From Candidatus Omnitrophota bacterium (GTDB taxonomy: Bacteria; Omnitrophota; Gorgyraeia; Zapsychrales; Aceulaceae): 64,000 nt of DNA. Shown piece after piece: positions 1 through 10,335 of this stretch. A program made the position numbers and the translations under genes. The notes below the pieces were generated by a model. That model was not told where the DNA came from. It did not search any database and saw only the letters and a list, made by a program, of their open reading frames with translations. Every line of letters begins with the position of its first letter. Within the stretch, counting starts at the first letter, position 1. Where the stretch lies: the NCBI GenBank assembly GCA_029564765.1, contig JAKQPK010000013.1, forward strand, positions 219,164 to 283,163, read 5' to 3'.

Positions 1-76
1 AAAGATTATCAACTGGTAGAATTTTTTTGCTTCTTAAGATCAGTTTTTGTTTTACGACATAGAAATACTTTTGATC

Positions 77-2434
77 ATGAAACTCAAACCTTTCCATCAT
101 TTTCTTGCCGTTGCGGCCTTTTTTATTCTCTTTCTCGTTGTTTTCTTTCATGATGTCGTGTTCAAGGGAAAAACCTTTAAGGCGACAACGATGTTCGCGC
201 AAGCTCTGCCCAGTGGCCCTTATGGGCAATCCGGCAACTATGGCACCTCTTGTCATACGTTCTTGCGTGAATCAGCAGCTATTGAAGAACCATTCTATCA
301 ATTTTTAAGAACAAGCTTTCAGCAAGGTGTTTTTCCGCTCTGGAATCCCTATCAATGCTGTGGCGTTCCTGTTACGGCTATGATGGAAGCCGGGATCTTT
401 TTTCCGCTCACTGCAATCGTCTATCTTTTGCCTAATATCATCAGCATGGATGTCTTGATCCTCGCGCGTTTGCTCCTTGCCGCTTTATTGATGTATTGGC
501 TCATGAGCGTTTGGGGTTTTGGCCTGCTGGCAAGGATCGCGGCGGCGCTCATATTTGCCTGCAGCGGCCCGATGGTGACATTGCACATATGGGCGATCAA
601 TGTTGACCTTCTTCTTCCGTTATTATTCTTGAGCGCGTATCAATTTTTTTATCGAGGATCTCTCTGGGACCGTCTTCTTTTAAGCATAGCCGTTGCTTTA
701 AGCATCTTTGGCGGCCACATCGAGCACATCTTCCTTGTTCATTTCACGCTATTGTGTTATGGCATTTTTCTTTTGTGGCAGAGCAACAAAGGATCCCCGA
801 GATCTACCTTTTCTTTGACGGCACGCTTTGTCTCTTTTTACCTCTTGGGTGTCGGCATATCCGCTGTTGCTTTATTTCCTTTTATTCCTGATTTTTTTCA
901 CTCGTGGACATCACATACGGCAGACTGTGGATCTGCTGTCGCGCCTTTATCAGAAGTCCTGGGAAAACTCATTACGGTTATTGTTCCAAAATTCTATAGT
1001 GATGTTCTGATCCCCTTAAAGGGGGAGGTGTACAATTGGTGTGGAGGATATTTAGGTGTCATGACCATTGCGCTTGCTGCAGCCGGGCTATGGTGTAGGT
1101 CGCACAGGCCGTTCATTTTATTTTCTAGCATCGCGTCTTTTATTGTCTATGGCATGGTATCAGGATCAGGCTATACGCAGTGGATCGGGCATTTGCCAGT
1201 CTTTAATATTATGCTTTTACGATTGCATTCGGTCTGGATCCTCACGTTCTTCATCTCTTTCCTTGCTGGAGCTGGGATCGAGAGCATTGCGCTCCAATCT
1301 CAGGCTATGCTCAGAAAATTCTCTTGTATCGCGTTTAGCCTTGGCCTTTTGATCGGATGCTATCTTTTGGTTTTCCGACGTGAACCTTTTTTCGCGCAAG
1401 CGATAAAGGCATCAGGCATCGCGTTCGGTTTTCTTGCCGCGTCCATTCTTTGGTATGTTTTCGCAATGACGGCCACAAGGCGGAAACCATATGCTATCGT
1501 GGTCGGACTTGTCGTCCTTCTTGCCGGGGAGTTGTTTATCCATAATCCTGATTCTCGCCCCCGTCGTTTTGATTCATTCCCGAGAGTGCCTTATGTTGAA
1601 TTTTTAAAAAAGAATACACAGGATCCCAGGTTTCGCGCTCAAGGTTTCTTTCTGGCCTTTTATCGAAATACGGCCATGGCATACGGCGTAGAGAGTTTTT
1701 CAGGAAGCCAGGCACTATATCCTCGTCGATATGTAGAATTCGTTCAACAACTTATCCATCCGGGGCTTTTCTCAACAATATGCCCAAAGCCAATTTCCAC
1801 GGAAGGGTTTGACCAGGCGCTGATCACGCGCAGTGATATATTGGCCTTGGCGAACGTGAATTATTTTGTTCTACCGCAGCAGAGCAATGTTGGGCCTCAG
1901 CCGGTCTATGACGCGGAAACGCAGATCCTTCCCATATCTGCCGCGATATCTTTACCTTCTGCTTTGCCTCGAGCGTATTTAGCCTATCAATGGACATCTG
2001 TTCCTAAGGGCGCAGGACAAGAAGCCTTAGAGAAGATAAAGGCAGCACGATTGCGCGCGGCGGCTAATGTCATTATTGAAAATATCTTGGACAAGAAACT
2101 TCCTTTTACGCCGTCAGAGCGGCAGGGTATCGTGGCGGTTGAAGAAAAGAAGCGATGGGCAAACGGAGTGATCGTCAAGGCGCGCGCGGACGCGCCTTGT
2201 GTATTAGTCCTGACGGATGCTTATTATCCTGGGTGGAAGGCTTGGGTCAATGGGAAGCCTGCGACGATCTATCCGGCGAACCATTTATTCCGCGCGGTTT
2301 TTTTGCCGCCGGGTGACCATAGGGTTGTCTTTCGCTTTGTTCCTTTTTGGTTCTATGTGGGATTAGGAGTAACGGTCTTTAGCTGCGCGCTTTGGGTGGG
2401 GATCTTGTTTCGACGAAAGAAGCAAAGATCATGA
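77..2434 (+). CDS. Polytopic GT-C-like membrane protein (YfhO/PMT-like): about 12 TM helices followed by a roughly 280-aa extracytoplasmic C-terminal domain
   Basis: Long hydrophobic N-terminal two thirds, soluble C-terminal domain, overall size around 790 aa. The ORF track starts at TTG 47; the first ATG is at 77 (MKLKPF...) and there is no clear SD for either. Family assignment is by architecture only. Confidence 0.45.
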   Translation: MKLKPFHHFLAVAAFFILFLVVFFHDVVFKGKTFKATTMFAQALPSGPYGQSGNYGTSCHTFLRESAAIEEPFYQFLRTSFQQGVFPLWNPYQCCGVPVTAMMEAGIFFPLTAIVYLLPNIISMDVLILARLLLAALLMYWLMSVWGFGLLARIAAALIFACSGPMVTLHIWAINVDLLLPLLFLSAYQFFYRGSLWDRLLLSIAVALSIFGGHIEHIFLVHFTLLCYGIFLLWQSNKGSPRSTFSLTARFVSFYLLGVGISAVALFPFIPDFFHSWTSHTADCGSAVAPLSEVLGKLITVIVPKFYSDVLIPLKGEVYNWCGGYLGVMTIALAAAGLWCRSHRPFILFSSIASFIVYGMVSGSGYTQWIGHLPVFNIMLLRLHSVWILTFFISFLAGAGIESIALQSQAMLRKFSCIAFSLGLLIGCYLLVFRREPFFAQAIKASGIAFGFLAASILWYVFAMTATRRKPYAIVVGLVVLLAGELFIHNPDSRPRRFDSFPRVPYVEFLKKNTQDPRFRAQGFFLAFYRNTAMAYGVESFSGSQALYPRRYVEFVQQLIHPGLFSTICPKPISTEGFDQALITRSDILALANVNYFVLPQQSNVGPQPVYDAETQILPISAAISLPSALPRAYLAYQWTSVPKGAGQEALEKIKAARLRAAANVIIENILDKKLPFTPSERQGIVAVEEKKRWANGVIVKARADAPCVLVLTDAYYPGWKAWVNGKPATIYPANHLFRAVFLPPGDHRVVFRFVPFWFYVGLGVTVFSCALWVGILFRRKKQRS

Positions 2435-2787
2435 AGAAATTATTTCTTTGTTTAATGCTGTTTTTTTCTGCCACAGCTTCTTTTGCCACGACCTTGCGTC
2501 CGGCGCGCGACAACGATCCTCTGCGTTATATTGTGACCGGTATCGTAGAAAAGGTCAGCATCAACGCCCTTGAGATCTGGGATGAGAATGACAGGATCGT
2601 TAAGCGTTATGTTTATTTTGGGCGAGATGTGGAGGTTGGGCAGAGGGTCCGGGTTCATTATGACCCAGCGTCATTACGGATAGACCGCCTGAAGAAAATG
2701 ACAACGCTTGAGTATCAAAAAGATGGGCAGAATTTAGGATATATCTTTCAGCAGGAGAACAAGGTCACGCAGGGAGCAGGGCCTTGA
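2431..2787 (+). CDS. Small secreted hypothetical protein with a signal peptide
   Basis: ATGA overlap with the upstream stop. N-terminus MKKLFLCLMLFFSATASFA is a typical Sec signal. No recognisable domain. Confidence 0.45.
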   Translation: MKKLFLCLMLFFSATASFATTLRPARDNDPLRYIVTGIVEKVSINALEIWDENDRIVKRYVYFGRDVEVGQRVRVHYDPASLRIDRLKKMTTLEYQKDGQNLGYIFQQENKVTQGAGP

Positions 2788-3148
2788 TCTTTTCCAAAAG
2801 AAGTTCAAGTTCGTAGGGTTTACGGATAAAATCATTGGCTCCCAAGGCCCGCGCCTTTTCTTCCATCGCTGGATTAACGTTGGCGCTAGAGATAATGAGC
2901 GGCAGGCAGATCGTTCTTGGGATACGTTTTAGATTTTCAATGACGAACAACCCTCCACCGCTGGGTAACCCCAGGTCAAGGATGACCAAAGAGACATCTT
3001 CCCGTGCCGCGTATTGGATCGCGAATGTGGCATCATAAGCAACAAGCACTTGATAGCCGTTACCGACCAAGAATGTCATCAAGGCCATGACGAATTTTTG
3101 ATCATCATCAACGATCAGGATTTTTTTAGGTTTTGCGTTCTCTGTCAT
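2765..3148 (-). CDS. Single-domain response regulator (CheY-like receiver)
   Basis: KKILIVDDD ... LVILDLGLP ... receiver motifs. Its start overlaps the stop of the upstream kinase gene by 4 nt (ATGA). Confidence 0.8.
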   Translation of the reverse strand: MTENAKPKKILIVDDDQKFVMALMTFLVGNGYQVLVAYDATFAIQYAAREDVSLVILDLGLPSGGGLFVIENLKRIPRTICLPLIISSANVNPAMEEKARALGANDFIRKPYELELLLEKIKALLPA

Positions 3149-4116
3149 GAGCGATCACCTGTCAATGTAAGCAAAACAGTAAAACAATTCGTTTCTTTGG
3201 GATCGCTGGTAGCCCAGATCTTTCCTCCGTGAAGCTCGATGATATCTTTAGCAATAGATAAGCCTAACCCCTGGCCTTCGATCAGCGCGTTGAGGCGTTC
3301 GAATTTATCAAAGATCTTTTCCAGTTTGTTCGCGGGGATCGGGTCGCCTGTGTTGAAGAAATCCGCGCGCGCAAGCCCATCAACAGCATACGCCTTAACA
3401 CGGACTTTTCCATTGCAGGGTGTATGCTTGAGTGAATTGCTTAAAAGGTTGTTCATTGCTCGGGTGATCTTTTCTCGATCAGCCTGGATGAATAAAGGAT
3501 CCTTGCCAAGATCTGTGCTTAGTGAAATATTTTTTTCGTGAGTCATTGTCTGAAGCTCTCGGCATTGCGCCTGGAGGATCTCTCGCAGATCAAAGCGGGT
3601 GATCGTCATTTCTGTTTGCCGCGCTTCGAACATGTAGGCATTGATCAGGTCTGTTGTGATCGTGTTCATCCGGTCAGCAACATCTTTGCATACTTCTATC
3701 GCGTCCTTTTGTTGGGCCGTCAGACTGCCGAGAAATCCGGCCAGCAGGTTGGAGATATTCGCTTTGATCGTAGCCACAGGGCTTTTAAGGTCATGCGCCA
3801 GCGACATCGCGAAGGTTGATTTGATCTCGTCGGCATGCTTTGCCCGTGTCGCGTAGAGCAATGTTTTCTTGATAATGTTCTTGATAACACTGTAGGCGAC
3901 GATATATCCTAGGACAAGAATAGCGCCCGCGGAAACAAGAATAGGGCCTGCGTCCAGAAAAGATCTGTTGCCGGTCAGAATTTTATCGACCAAGACATAA
4001 ATAAGCGCTAGAAGGGGAATGACGCTCATCAAAAGAAAAGCAAGGTTCAGCCGTCGATAGGGATTTTCGTTTAATTCTTGGAATAAAAGCTTTTGTTCGT
4101 TACCTGTATTGCTCAT
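3145..4116 (-). CDS. Sensor histidine kinase (2 TM, HisKA + HATPase_c)
   Basis: H-box AHDLKSPV, N-box and G-box (GQGLGLSIAKDIIELHGG), two N-terminal TM segments. Translationally coupled to the receiver gene. Confidence 0.8.
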   Translation of the reverse strand: MSNTGNEQKLLFQELNENPYRRLNLAFLLMSVIPLLALIYVLVDKILTGNRSFLDAGPILVSAGAILVLGYIVAYSVIKNIIKKTLLYATRAKHADEIKSTFAMSLAHDLKSPVATIKANISNLLAGFLGSLTAQQKDAIEVCKDVADRMNTITTDLINAYMFEARQTEMTITRFDLREILQAQCRELQTMTHEKNISLSTDLGKDPLFIQADREKITRAMNNLLSNSLKHTPCNGKVRVKAYAVDGLARADFFNTGDPIPANKLEKIFDKFERLNALIEGQGLGLSIAKDIIELHGGKIWATSDPKETNCFTVLLTLTGDRS

Positions 4117-4270
4117 AAGGTCCTTTTCTTCCCCACATAATATCTCTGTGCCCGTGTTAAGTCAATGGACAAGATCATGATTTTATTCTAAAATCAATTT
4201 GGTGGTGGATAGCTTTTGATGAAAAAGTGTAAGATCAGTGTTTATTGTTATCGAATTTAAGGAGGATAAT

Positions 4271-4996
4271 ATGCGTTCAGGAAATCCAGCATTACGGGAT
4301 AATACGTTCAGCAATGCCGCGTTGTCAGGGTCGGGACAGACTATGACCATCTCCGGAGCGGTAAATAAGACATTCATCATGGGGTTATTTGTTTTGATCG
4401 CGGCACTTTGGTCATGGAGCGAGCCGTGGCGCTTTATGCCGTTTTTTATGCCTATTTGCTTAGGGTCATTGATCGTCGCTTTGATCACGATCTTCAGGCC
4501 TCAGACAGCGCCTGTAACCGCCCCGATCTACGCTTTGCTCGAAGGATTGTTGATCGGAGGTATTTCGTTCTTTTTTGAACGAAGATATCCCGGGATCGTG
4601 ATCCAGGCGGTCGGCTTAACGTTCGGAACGCTTTTTGCCCTATTGATGGTCTATAAATCAGGATTGATCAAGGTTACGCAAAATTTTCGTTTAGGGATTA
4701 TTGCGGCTACAGGGGGCATTGCTCTTTATTATCTTGCTAGCCTGGTCTGCTCGTATTTTTTCAAGTTCCAAGTCCCTCTGATCCACGAAAGCACACCCTT
4801 AGGTATTGGCTTTAGCGTTTTTGTTGTGATCATCGCGGCGCTTAATCTGGTCTTGGATTTTGATTTTATCGAGCAGGGCGCCCAGATGAACGCTCCTAAG
4901 TACATGGAATGGTACGCAGCCTTTGGCCTTACAGTGACGCTGATCTGGCTTTATATGGAGATCCTTAGATTATTAGCCAAAATGAGCCGCCGATAA
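4271..4996 (+). CDS. Bax-inhibitor-1/YccA family 7-TM membrane protein
   Basis: Strong SD AAGGAGGATAAT before ATG 4271. About 7 TM helices with a BI-1-like Gly/Pro-rich polar N-terminus. The ORF-track start at 4238 is rejected. Confidence 0.55.
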   Translation: MRSGNPALRDNTFSNAALSGSGQTMTISGAVNKTFIMGLFVLIAALWSWSEPWRFMPFFMPICLGSLIVALITIFRPQTAPVTAPIYALLEGLLIGGISFFFERRYPGIVIQAVGLTFGTLFALLMVYKSGLIKVTQNFRLGIIAATGGIALYYLASLVCSYFFKFQVPLIHESTPLGIGFSVFVVIIAALNLVLDFDFIEQGAQMNAPKYMEWYAAFGLTVTLIWLYMEILRLLAKMSRR

Positions 4997-5164
4997 AATG
5001 TCCCGCGAACGCGTTAGCCCACGGCAAAAAGACATTTCCCGCATGCTGCGCAAGCGACGGCAGGTAAAAAGATGCAGGCCGGTAGTCCCACGCCTCATGA
5101 AATAGCAGCATAGGTTTGCGTCTTTACGCTTTTCTGTGCATGTTTTCTCTGGAATTCAGCGCAG

Positions 5165-5193
5165 TTGACGACAGCTCGTAGAGCGTATATACT
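5165..5193 (+). promoter_or_regulatory. Sigma70-like promoter (-35 TTGACG, 17-nt spacer, -10 TATACT) upstream of the large GH5 gene
   Basis: TTGACG at 5165-5170 and TATACT at 5188-5193, with the gene start about 35 nt downstream. Confidence 0.4.
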
Positions 5194-5227
5194 GATTGCA
5201 TAATCATCCGCTCAAAAGGTGTTCATC

Positions 5228-8200
5228 GTGAACAAGCGAGTTAAAATTTTTTTGTCGACGGCAATTTTTGTCGTTTTTCAGACAACCATTTCTTTTGCCG
5301 GATCTATCTATCAAAATTTTGAACCTAATAATGGTTCTGTTGCTTATGGCCTTCCGGGCTATCAGAGCGCTGTTAGTTTCTCTGGCCCTGGCGAACCTGT
5401 GCATTCTGGCGCGCGCTCTTGGAAGGTGATGACGGCCTACCAGTGGGGCGGCACGACCGTTGAGTCCCAAGTGCAAGCAGGGGACGTTAATTTTTATCCT
5501 ACCAAGAACGATCGTATTTCATTTTGGGTTTACGCTGTTATCCCTTTTCCTTGGGGTGGCTTTGATACGGTCGGAATGAAGTTTTTCGATAATAACAATT
5601 ATGCGCTGAGCGGTTTTACGGTCTGGACAACAAAGACTTTTTTTAATGAGCAGTGGACAAGGCTGGACATCCTTTTTAGCCAGCTGCCGGCGGATTTTGA
5701 TCTTGAGCATGTGAACAAGGTCGAGTTTATCTTTTATCAGCACGGCACGTATTATCTCGATGATATCCAGATCGTACGGGAAGATAGAAGCTATCAATCG
5801 TTCGAGCCGCAGCAGCGCTTTGGATCTACAGCTTCGGAGTATGGATGGAAGTGGAATCCGGCGGACACGGTTGATTTTTCTGGCCCTGGCGAGCCAGTGC
5901 AGGAAGGGCTTCACTCCTGGAAGCTTGTCAGTACCCAGAAATGGGGTGGTACGGGTATTCAGTCGCAAGAAAAGAAATATGTGGCAACGCCGACCCCGGA
6001 ACAAAGTTTTTGGCATGTTGATCTGCGTCCAGATCGAAACGATCGATTGACGTTTTGGGTGTACGCTCTTGCGGAGAACGGGTTGGATAACAGCCTTGCC
6101 GTGCAGTTTTATGACCATGGCCAGCATTCAAATGATCAGACCAAGGTTGTTGTTTGGACCAAGAATGCCTCTCGCTATGGCCAATGGACCCGCATGACAA
6201 TTCTTTTTTCGGATCTGCCATCCACGCTTGATCTTTATGACCTGAATAAGATCCAATTTCAGCAATATTGGCCTGGTACATATTATTTTGATGATATTCG
6301 TGCCGCTGGCCCTACCATTAAGATCAGTGAGGCGAAGCTCGCGGAAGGTATTATTAGCTGGGCCTTGGTGCCAGGAGCCGGAAAATATGTTCTAGAGGAG
6401 AGCCGCGTTGGGCCGCAAGGGCCATGGGTTGTCGCGTATAGCGGTGCCCATCCTTTTGATTTTGAGCCGATGCCAGCACCGATCATTTATTCAGATAAAG
6501 TATCGACGGGCAAGCAACAAGAAACTGCCCCTCCGCCATACTTGATCAAGCCTCTAAGAAGAGTTTCTCGCGTGACAAAGCTGTGGTACCGCGTGCGATG
6601 GGAAGATGCTGTTACCACGGCGCATCCTGTGCCGTATGTGTCGCCATGGAGCGATGTCGTTGAATATATGCCGCCCAGCCTTGTCATTAAATATAAAAAG
6701 TTAACACAAGGTGTTCTTGAGTGGACGAAGGTCCCTCAGGCGCATTTATATGAAGCGCAATCAGCCCCCAGCAAGAGTGGCCCTTGGACGCAAATATATT
6801 ATGGATATTTTCCTGCCCAGCCGCTAGCGGTTCAGCAGGGGACGTGGTATCGCGTTCGGGCCCTACATAAAAAAGGAAGCGATATCACGGACATAACCGA
6901 CTGGAGCGTGCCACAACGCTATGTCCAGGGACAAGGATTTTTGCATTCCGCTGGCACGATGATCAAGGATGAGAATGGCCAAGGTAATGAAGTTGTCCTC
7001 CAGGGGGTTAATTTGGGAGGATATCTTTTGACCGAGCGATTTTTTACGGGATTGGGTGATGGGGACAACCCTACCATAGAAGATGACTGGACATTAAGAG
7101 ATGTTTTGATCCAGCGGTTTGGGGAAGTCGGATGTCGTGATCTTTTCAAGACCTATCAGAACGCTTATATTAAGAATTTTGATCTTGATTATCTTAAGGA
7201 GATCGGCGTGAACTTGGTAAGATTGCCGATCTTTTACAGGATACTGCAGAATGATGATGGAACATGGGTGCTGAATGATCAAGGGCAGATCGATTTTGAA
7301 AAGATCGACTATGTTGTGGACGAATGCGCCAACCGCGGTATATACGTGCTGCTTGATCTACACGGTGCTCCGGGAGCCCAAAGCCCAGAAGCGCATACAG
7401 GGCGTGCGAATTTCAACAAACTGTTCGAGAACAGTCCTCAAGGTGAAATATATCGGCAGAGGACAGAAGATCTTTGGATCGCTATCGCGGATCGTTATAA
7501 AGATAATCCATGGGTGTGTGGCTATGATCTTCTTAATGAGCCAACGGGAGCGCCAACCAACGCTGATCTTTGGAGCATGTATGACCGCCTTTATGACGCG
7601 ATCCGCGCTGTCGACCAAAACCACATCATCATGATGGAAGGTATTTGGGATTGGGCAACGCTGCCAACGCCTTCATCGATGAACTGGAACAACGTCGTCT
7701 ACCAATTCCATTATTATTTATGGGGCAGCGATGAGGATGTTCAGGCCCACATGGCCTTTATCGATCAAAAGGTCGCTGAGGGACAAGTTCAGCAGCCGTT
7801 ATATCAGGTCCCGGTCATGATCGGAGAATTTCACGGCTTTACGCAGAAAGCCATCTGGGAATACTATTTGCAGAAGTTCAACGAACAACGCTGGAGTTGG
7901 GCGACATGGACGCATAAGACCTATCCAGCGCCGTCTAATTGGGGATTTTTCAATCATGCCTTTTATGGAACAGAGCTTCCAAGGTTTCGAGATCCCGGAG
8001 GAGATCCTTATGCAACGTTAGCGGATAAGTTCAAGCGTTATGCCACGCTAGATCATCATGAGCGTAACGCGGCATTAACAAACATCATGGACGCGTATCT
8101 TGTTCCGCCGATAATAACGCCATTCATTAAGCGCGTTTCACCGGAAAGTGTTTTAGTTGTGGCAACCGATTTTTATATCCATGGCAAGAATTTTGGGGTC

Positions 8201-8677
8201 ACGCAAGGGTCCGCGGTCGTATCTTTTAACGGGATCGCCATACCCGTGATCTCTTGGTCCGATGACCTTATTCGCGCGTATATACCATCAACGATCACGT
8301 CGCTTTATGGGACGGTCACTGTTCATACAGGCCAGGGGATCAGCAATCCAAAGCTGCTACATGTTATTCAGCCTCCCCAGGTCACGAGCGTTGTTCCGCC
8401 CTCTGGGCCAGTGGGTACACAGATCTGGATCTACGGAAAAGACTTTGGGTCTTATCAGGGGAAGGTCAAGTTTTATTCTCCTCCAGGGTCAACCAATGGC
8501 GGCTTGGCAGAGATCCTTTCGTGGACAGATACACGTATTCGATGTACTGTTCCTAATGATGCGATCACGGGGCCTGTCACGATCATGACGCCTTACGGTA
8601 ACGCAACGTTCGGTTTTGCTGTTACGCTTTCTAACCAACTTGTCGATAAGAAATCTTTCCCTGCCAGGGCTCGTTAG
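5228..8677 (+). CDS. Large secreted multidomain glycoside hydrolase family 5 (cellulase/mannanase-like): signal peptide, 2 tandem ~190-aa duplicated domains, 2 Fn3-like, GH5 catalytic, 2 IPT/TIG domains
   Basis: GH5 motifs (VNLGGYL, LLDLHGAPGAQS, DLLNEP acid/base, GEFHG nucleophile region). C-terminal TIG repeats (VSPESV..., VTSVVPPSGPVGT...). N-terminal internal duplication (FSGPGEPV..SWK...WGGT...FWVYA twice). GTG start at 5228 with AAAGG 9 nt upstream; the alternative GTG is at 5219. Confidence 0.8.
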   Translation: MNKRVKIFLSTAIFVVFQTTISFAGSIYQNFEPNNGSVAYGLPGYQSAVSFSGPGEPVHSGARSWKVMTAYQWGGTTVESQVQAGDVNFYPTKNDRISFWVYAVIPFPWGGFDTVGMKFFDNNNYALSGFTVWTTKTFFNEQWTRLDILFSQLPADFDLEHVNKVEFIFYQHGTYYLDDIQIVREDRSYQSFEPQQRFGSTASEYGWKWNPADTVDFSGPGEPVQEGLHSWKLVSTQKWGGTGIQSQEKKYVATPTPEQSFWHVDLRPDRNDRLTFWVYALAENGLDNSLAVQFYDHGQHSNDQTKVVVWTKNASRYGQWTRMTILFSDLPSTLDLYDLNKIQFQQYWPGTYYFDDIRAAGPTIKISEAKLAEGIISWALVPGAGKYVLEESRVGPQGPWVVAYSGAHPFDFEPMPAPIIYSDKVSTGKQQETAPPPYLIKPLRRVSRVTKLWYRVRWEDAVTTAHPVPYVSPWSDVVEYMPPSLVIKYKKLTQGVLEWTKVPQAHLYEAQSAPSKSGPWTQIYYGYFPAQPLAVQQGTWYRVRALHKKGSDITDITDWSVPQRYVQGQGFLHSAGTMIKDENGQGNEVVLQGVNLGGYLLTERFFTGLGDGDNPTIEDDWTLRDVLIQRFGEVGCRDLFKTYQNAYIKNFDLDYLKEIGVNLVRLPIFYRILQNDDGTWVLNDQGQIDFEKIDYVVDECANRGIYVLLDLHGAPGAQSPEAHTGRANFNKLFENSPQGEIYRQRTEDLWIAIADRYKDNPWVCGYDLLNEPTGAPTNADLWSMYDRLYDAIRAVDQNHIIMMEGIWDWATLPTPSSMNWNNVVYQFHYYLWGSDEDVQAHMAFIDQKVAEGQVQQPLYQVPVMIGEFHGFTQKAIWEYYLQKFNEQRWSWATWTHKTYPAPSNWGFFNHAFYGTELPRFRDPGGDPYATLADKFKRYATLDHHERNAALTNIMDAYLVPPIITPFIKRVSPESVLVVATDFYIHGKNFGVTQGSAVVSFNGIAIPVISWSDDLIRAYIPSTITSLYGTVTVHTGQGISNPKLLHVIQPPQVTSVVPPSGPVGTQIWIYGKDFGSYQGKVKFYSPPGSTNGGLAEILSWTDTRIRCTVPNDAITGPVTIMTPYGNATFGFAVTLSNQLVDKKSFPARAR

Positions 8678-8680
8678 TCT

Positions 8681-9235
8681 TCAAGAGGCTTTTGGAGCAA
8701 GCCTTTGTGAGCTGTCGTCGATCTCAAAATATTCCTTTTCTTTAAAATCAAAAAAGAATGCTAACAGGTTGCTAGGAAACATTTGCACCGTGTTGTTGTA
8801 TTCACGGACATTGCCATTGTAAAAACGGCGGGCCGCTTGGATACGGTTCTCGGTGTTGATCAATTCGTTTTGCAGCGATAGGAAATGCTGATCGGCTTTC
8901 AAGGCCGGATAATTTTCCACAACGGCAAAAAGGCTTTTTAGGGAACCGACAAAAGCGTTTTCATCTTTTGCCTGCGCTGATGGGGAGCCGTGGGAATTTA
9001 AAGCTTGCGCGCGCATGGCGGTGACGGACTCCAGGACAGCTTTTTCGTGCTTGGCATAGCCGCTAACGGTCTCCACAAGATTCGGGATCAGGTCATAACG
9101 CCTTTTTAGTTCCGTATCGATACCGCTCCAAGACTCTTCCGTCGTATTCTTAAGCCGCACGAGCTTATTGTAAGTAGCCCATATCGCTATGACAATGATG
9201 CCGATCACGATCAAGGGGACCGCTAAGGATTCCAT
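8681..9235 (-). CDS. lemA: LemA family protein
   Basis: N-terminal TM followed by a conserved LemA core (YNKLV...WSGID..LKRRYDLIPNLV...). Confidence 0.8.
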   Translation of the reverse strand: MESLAVPLIVIGIIVIAIWATYNKLVRLKNTTEESWSGIDTELKRRYDLIPNLVETVSGYAKHEKAVLESVTAMRAQALNSHGSPSAQAKDENAFVGSLKSLFAVVENYPALKADQHFLSLQNELINTENRIQAARRFYNGNVREYNNTVQMFPSNLLAFFFDFKEKEYFEIDDSSQRLAPKAS

Positions 9236-9272
9236 GGTAAAACTCCTTTCGTAAAATGTGCCAATGCTTTCA

Positions 9273-9956
9273 TCAGGCCGGATCCTCGTTGAGTTCCTTT
9301 ATCAGGTATTCGGGGATACGCTCGATCATGCCAACGCCCACGTCAAGACATTTAGCGAATTCCTCAGGTTGGAAAACTTTGTTCTGATAGATCAGGATCT
9401 CGTTGCGGTTTGTATGTATCAAATAATTCGGATTCTCCAAAAGATATTCCATCATGCCTTGATGGATCATGCCATAGGCGAATTTCTTTTCTTTCGCTGT
9501 GACAAAGAATTTTCTTGAGAATTCGTTCGATTCAAAATCAATATCATCGAGCCCGACGAATTCACCGATCTTATCCAGCAATCCTTCCGGACGGATGGCG
9601 AGCTCTTTAAGCGGAAAGTCCGTGCGCAGGATCACGGCTGAAAAATGATAATGTTGGGTTCTTGTTCCATTCTTGGTATGGACCGTAACAGCGTAATGGT
9701 AGTCAAAAGCCAGAACATCTTTGTTCTTATAGTTTCCTTTAAGGATGTTGTAGGCATATTGACTATGGCCTCGGTGAAAAGCGCTAAAAAAAGGATATCG
9801 GGCTTTTAAGCTAATATCCCGGTCAGGGTTAAAAGACAACCCATTGGCCAGGGCAAAAGCGTGCAGCGCGTCCAGGCGCTTTTTTTTCGCCTGATAGCTG
9901 ACATAGGCCAGGATCCCGAATAGGGCAATAAAACTGATAAAGAAAAGGATTTCCAT
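9273..9956 (-). CDS. Membrane-anchored hypothetical protein, co-transcribed upstream of lemA (possibly a LemA-associated DUF)
   Basis: N-terminal TM helix. No motif I can name. It sits 37 bp upstream of lemA on the same strand. Confidence 0.45.
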   Translation of the reverse strand: MEILFFISFIALFGILAYVSYQAKKKRLDALHAFALANGLSFNPDRDISLKARYPFFSAFHRGHSQYAYNILKGNYKNKDVLAFDYHYAVTVHTKNGTRTQHYHFSAVILRTDFPLKELAIRPEGLLDKIGEFVGLDDIDFESNEFSRKFFVTAKEKKFAYGMIHQGMMEYLLENPNYLIHTNRNEILIYQNKVFQPEEFAKCLDVGVGMIERIPEYLIKELNEDPA

Positions 9957-10101
9957 AAGAGTTTCCTTATTTTATTTATCATAACATATTTTAAAGATCT
10001 TCAAAGAGGGAAAGAGTCCTTTCGCACGGCGCATTCCAGAAAAGGCGTGGACAAGGGTTTGTCCGCCTGCTAAAATTCGTGGAAGTTAAAGGAGCCCCAG
10101 A

Positions 10102-10335
10102 ATGGGAAAGATATCGTTAGTTCAGATGAAGGGAAATCAAAAAGGCAAGATCCATGATATTGTCGGTGGTGAAACCCTGCATCAAAAACTTGCGCATATT
10201 GGCGTGTATAAAGGCAGAGAGATCTTGAAGGTAAATCATGTCGGTCTGCGAGGGCCTGTTGTTATTAAGGTAGGCAGAGGTATTCTCGCCTTAGGTCACA
10301 CGATCGCCACAAAGATCTTAGTGGATGTAGAATGA
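10102..10335 (+). CDS. feoA: Ferrous iron transport protein FeoA
   Basis: 77-aa SH3-like FeoA sequence. Its stop overlaps the feoB start. Confidence 0.75.
   Translation: MGKISLVQMKGNQKGKIHDIVGGETLHQKLAHIGVYKGREILKVNHVGLRGPVVIKVGRGILALGHTIATKILVDVE

Noticed and set aside
5519-6687. Several minus-strand ORFs (202, 117, 67, 66 aa) inside the large GH5 gene
   Set aside because: They are antisense to a strongly supported multidomain coding sequence. They carry no motifs or RBSs.
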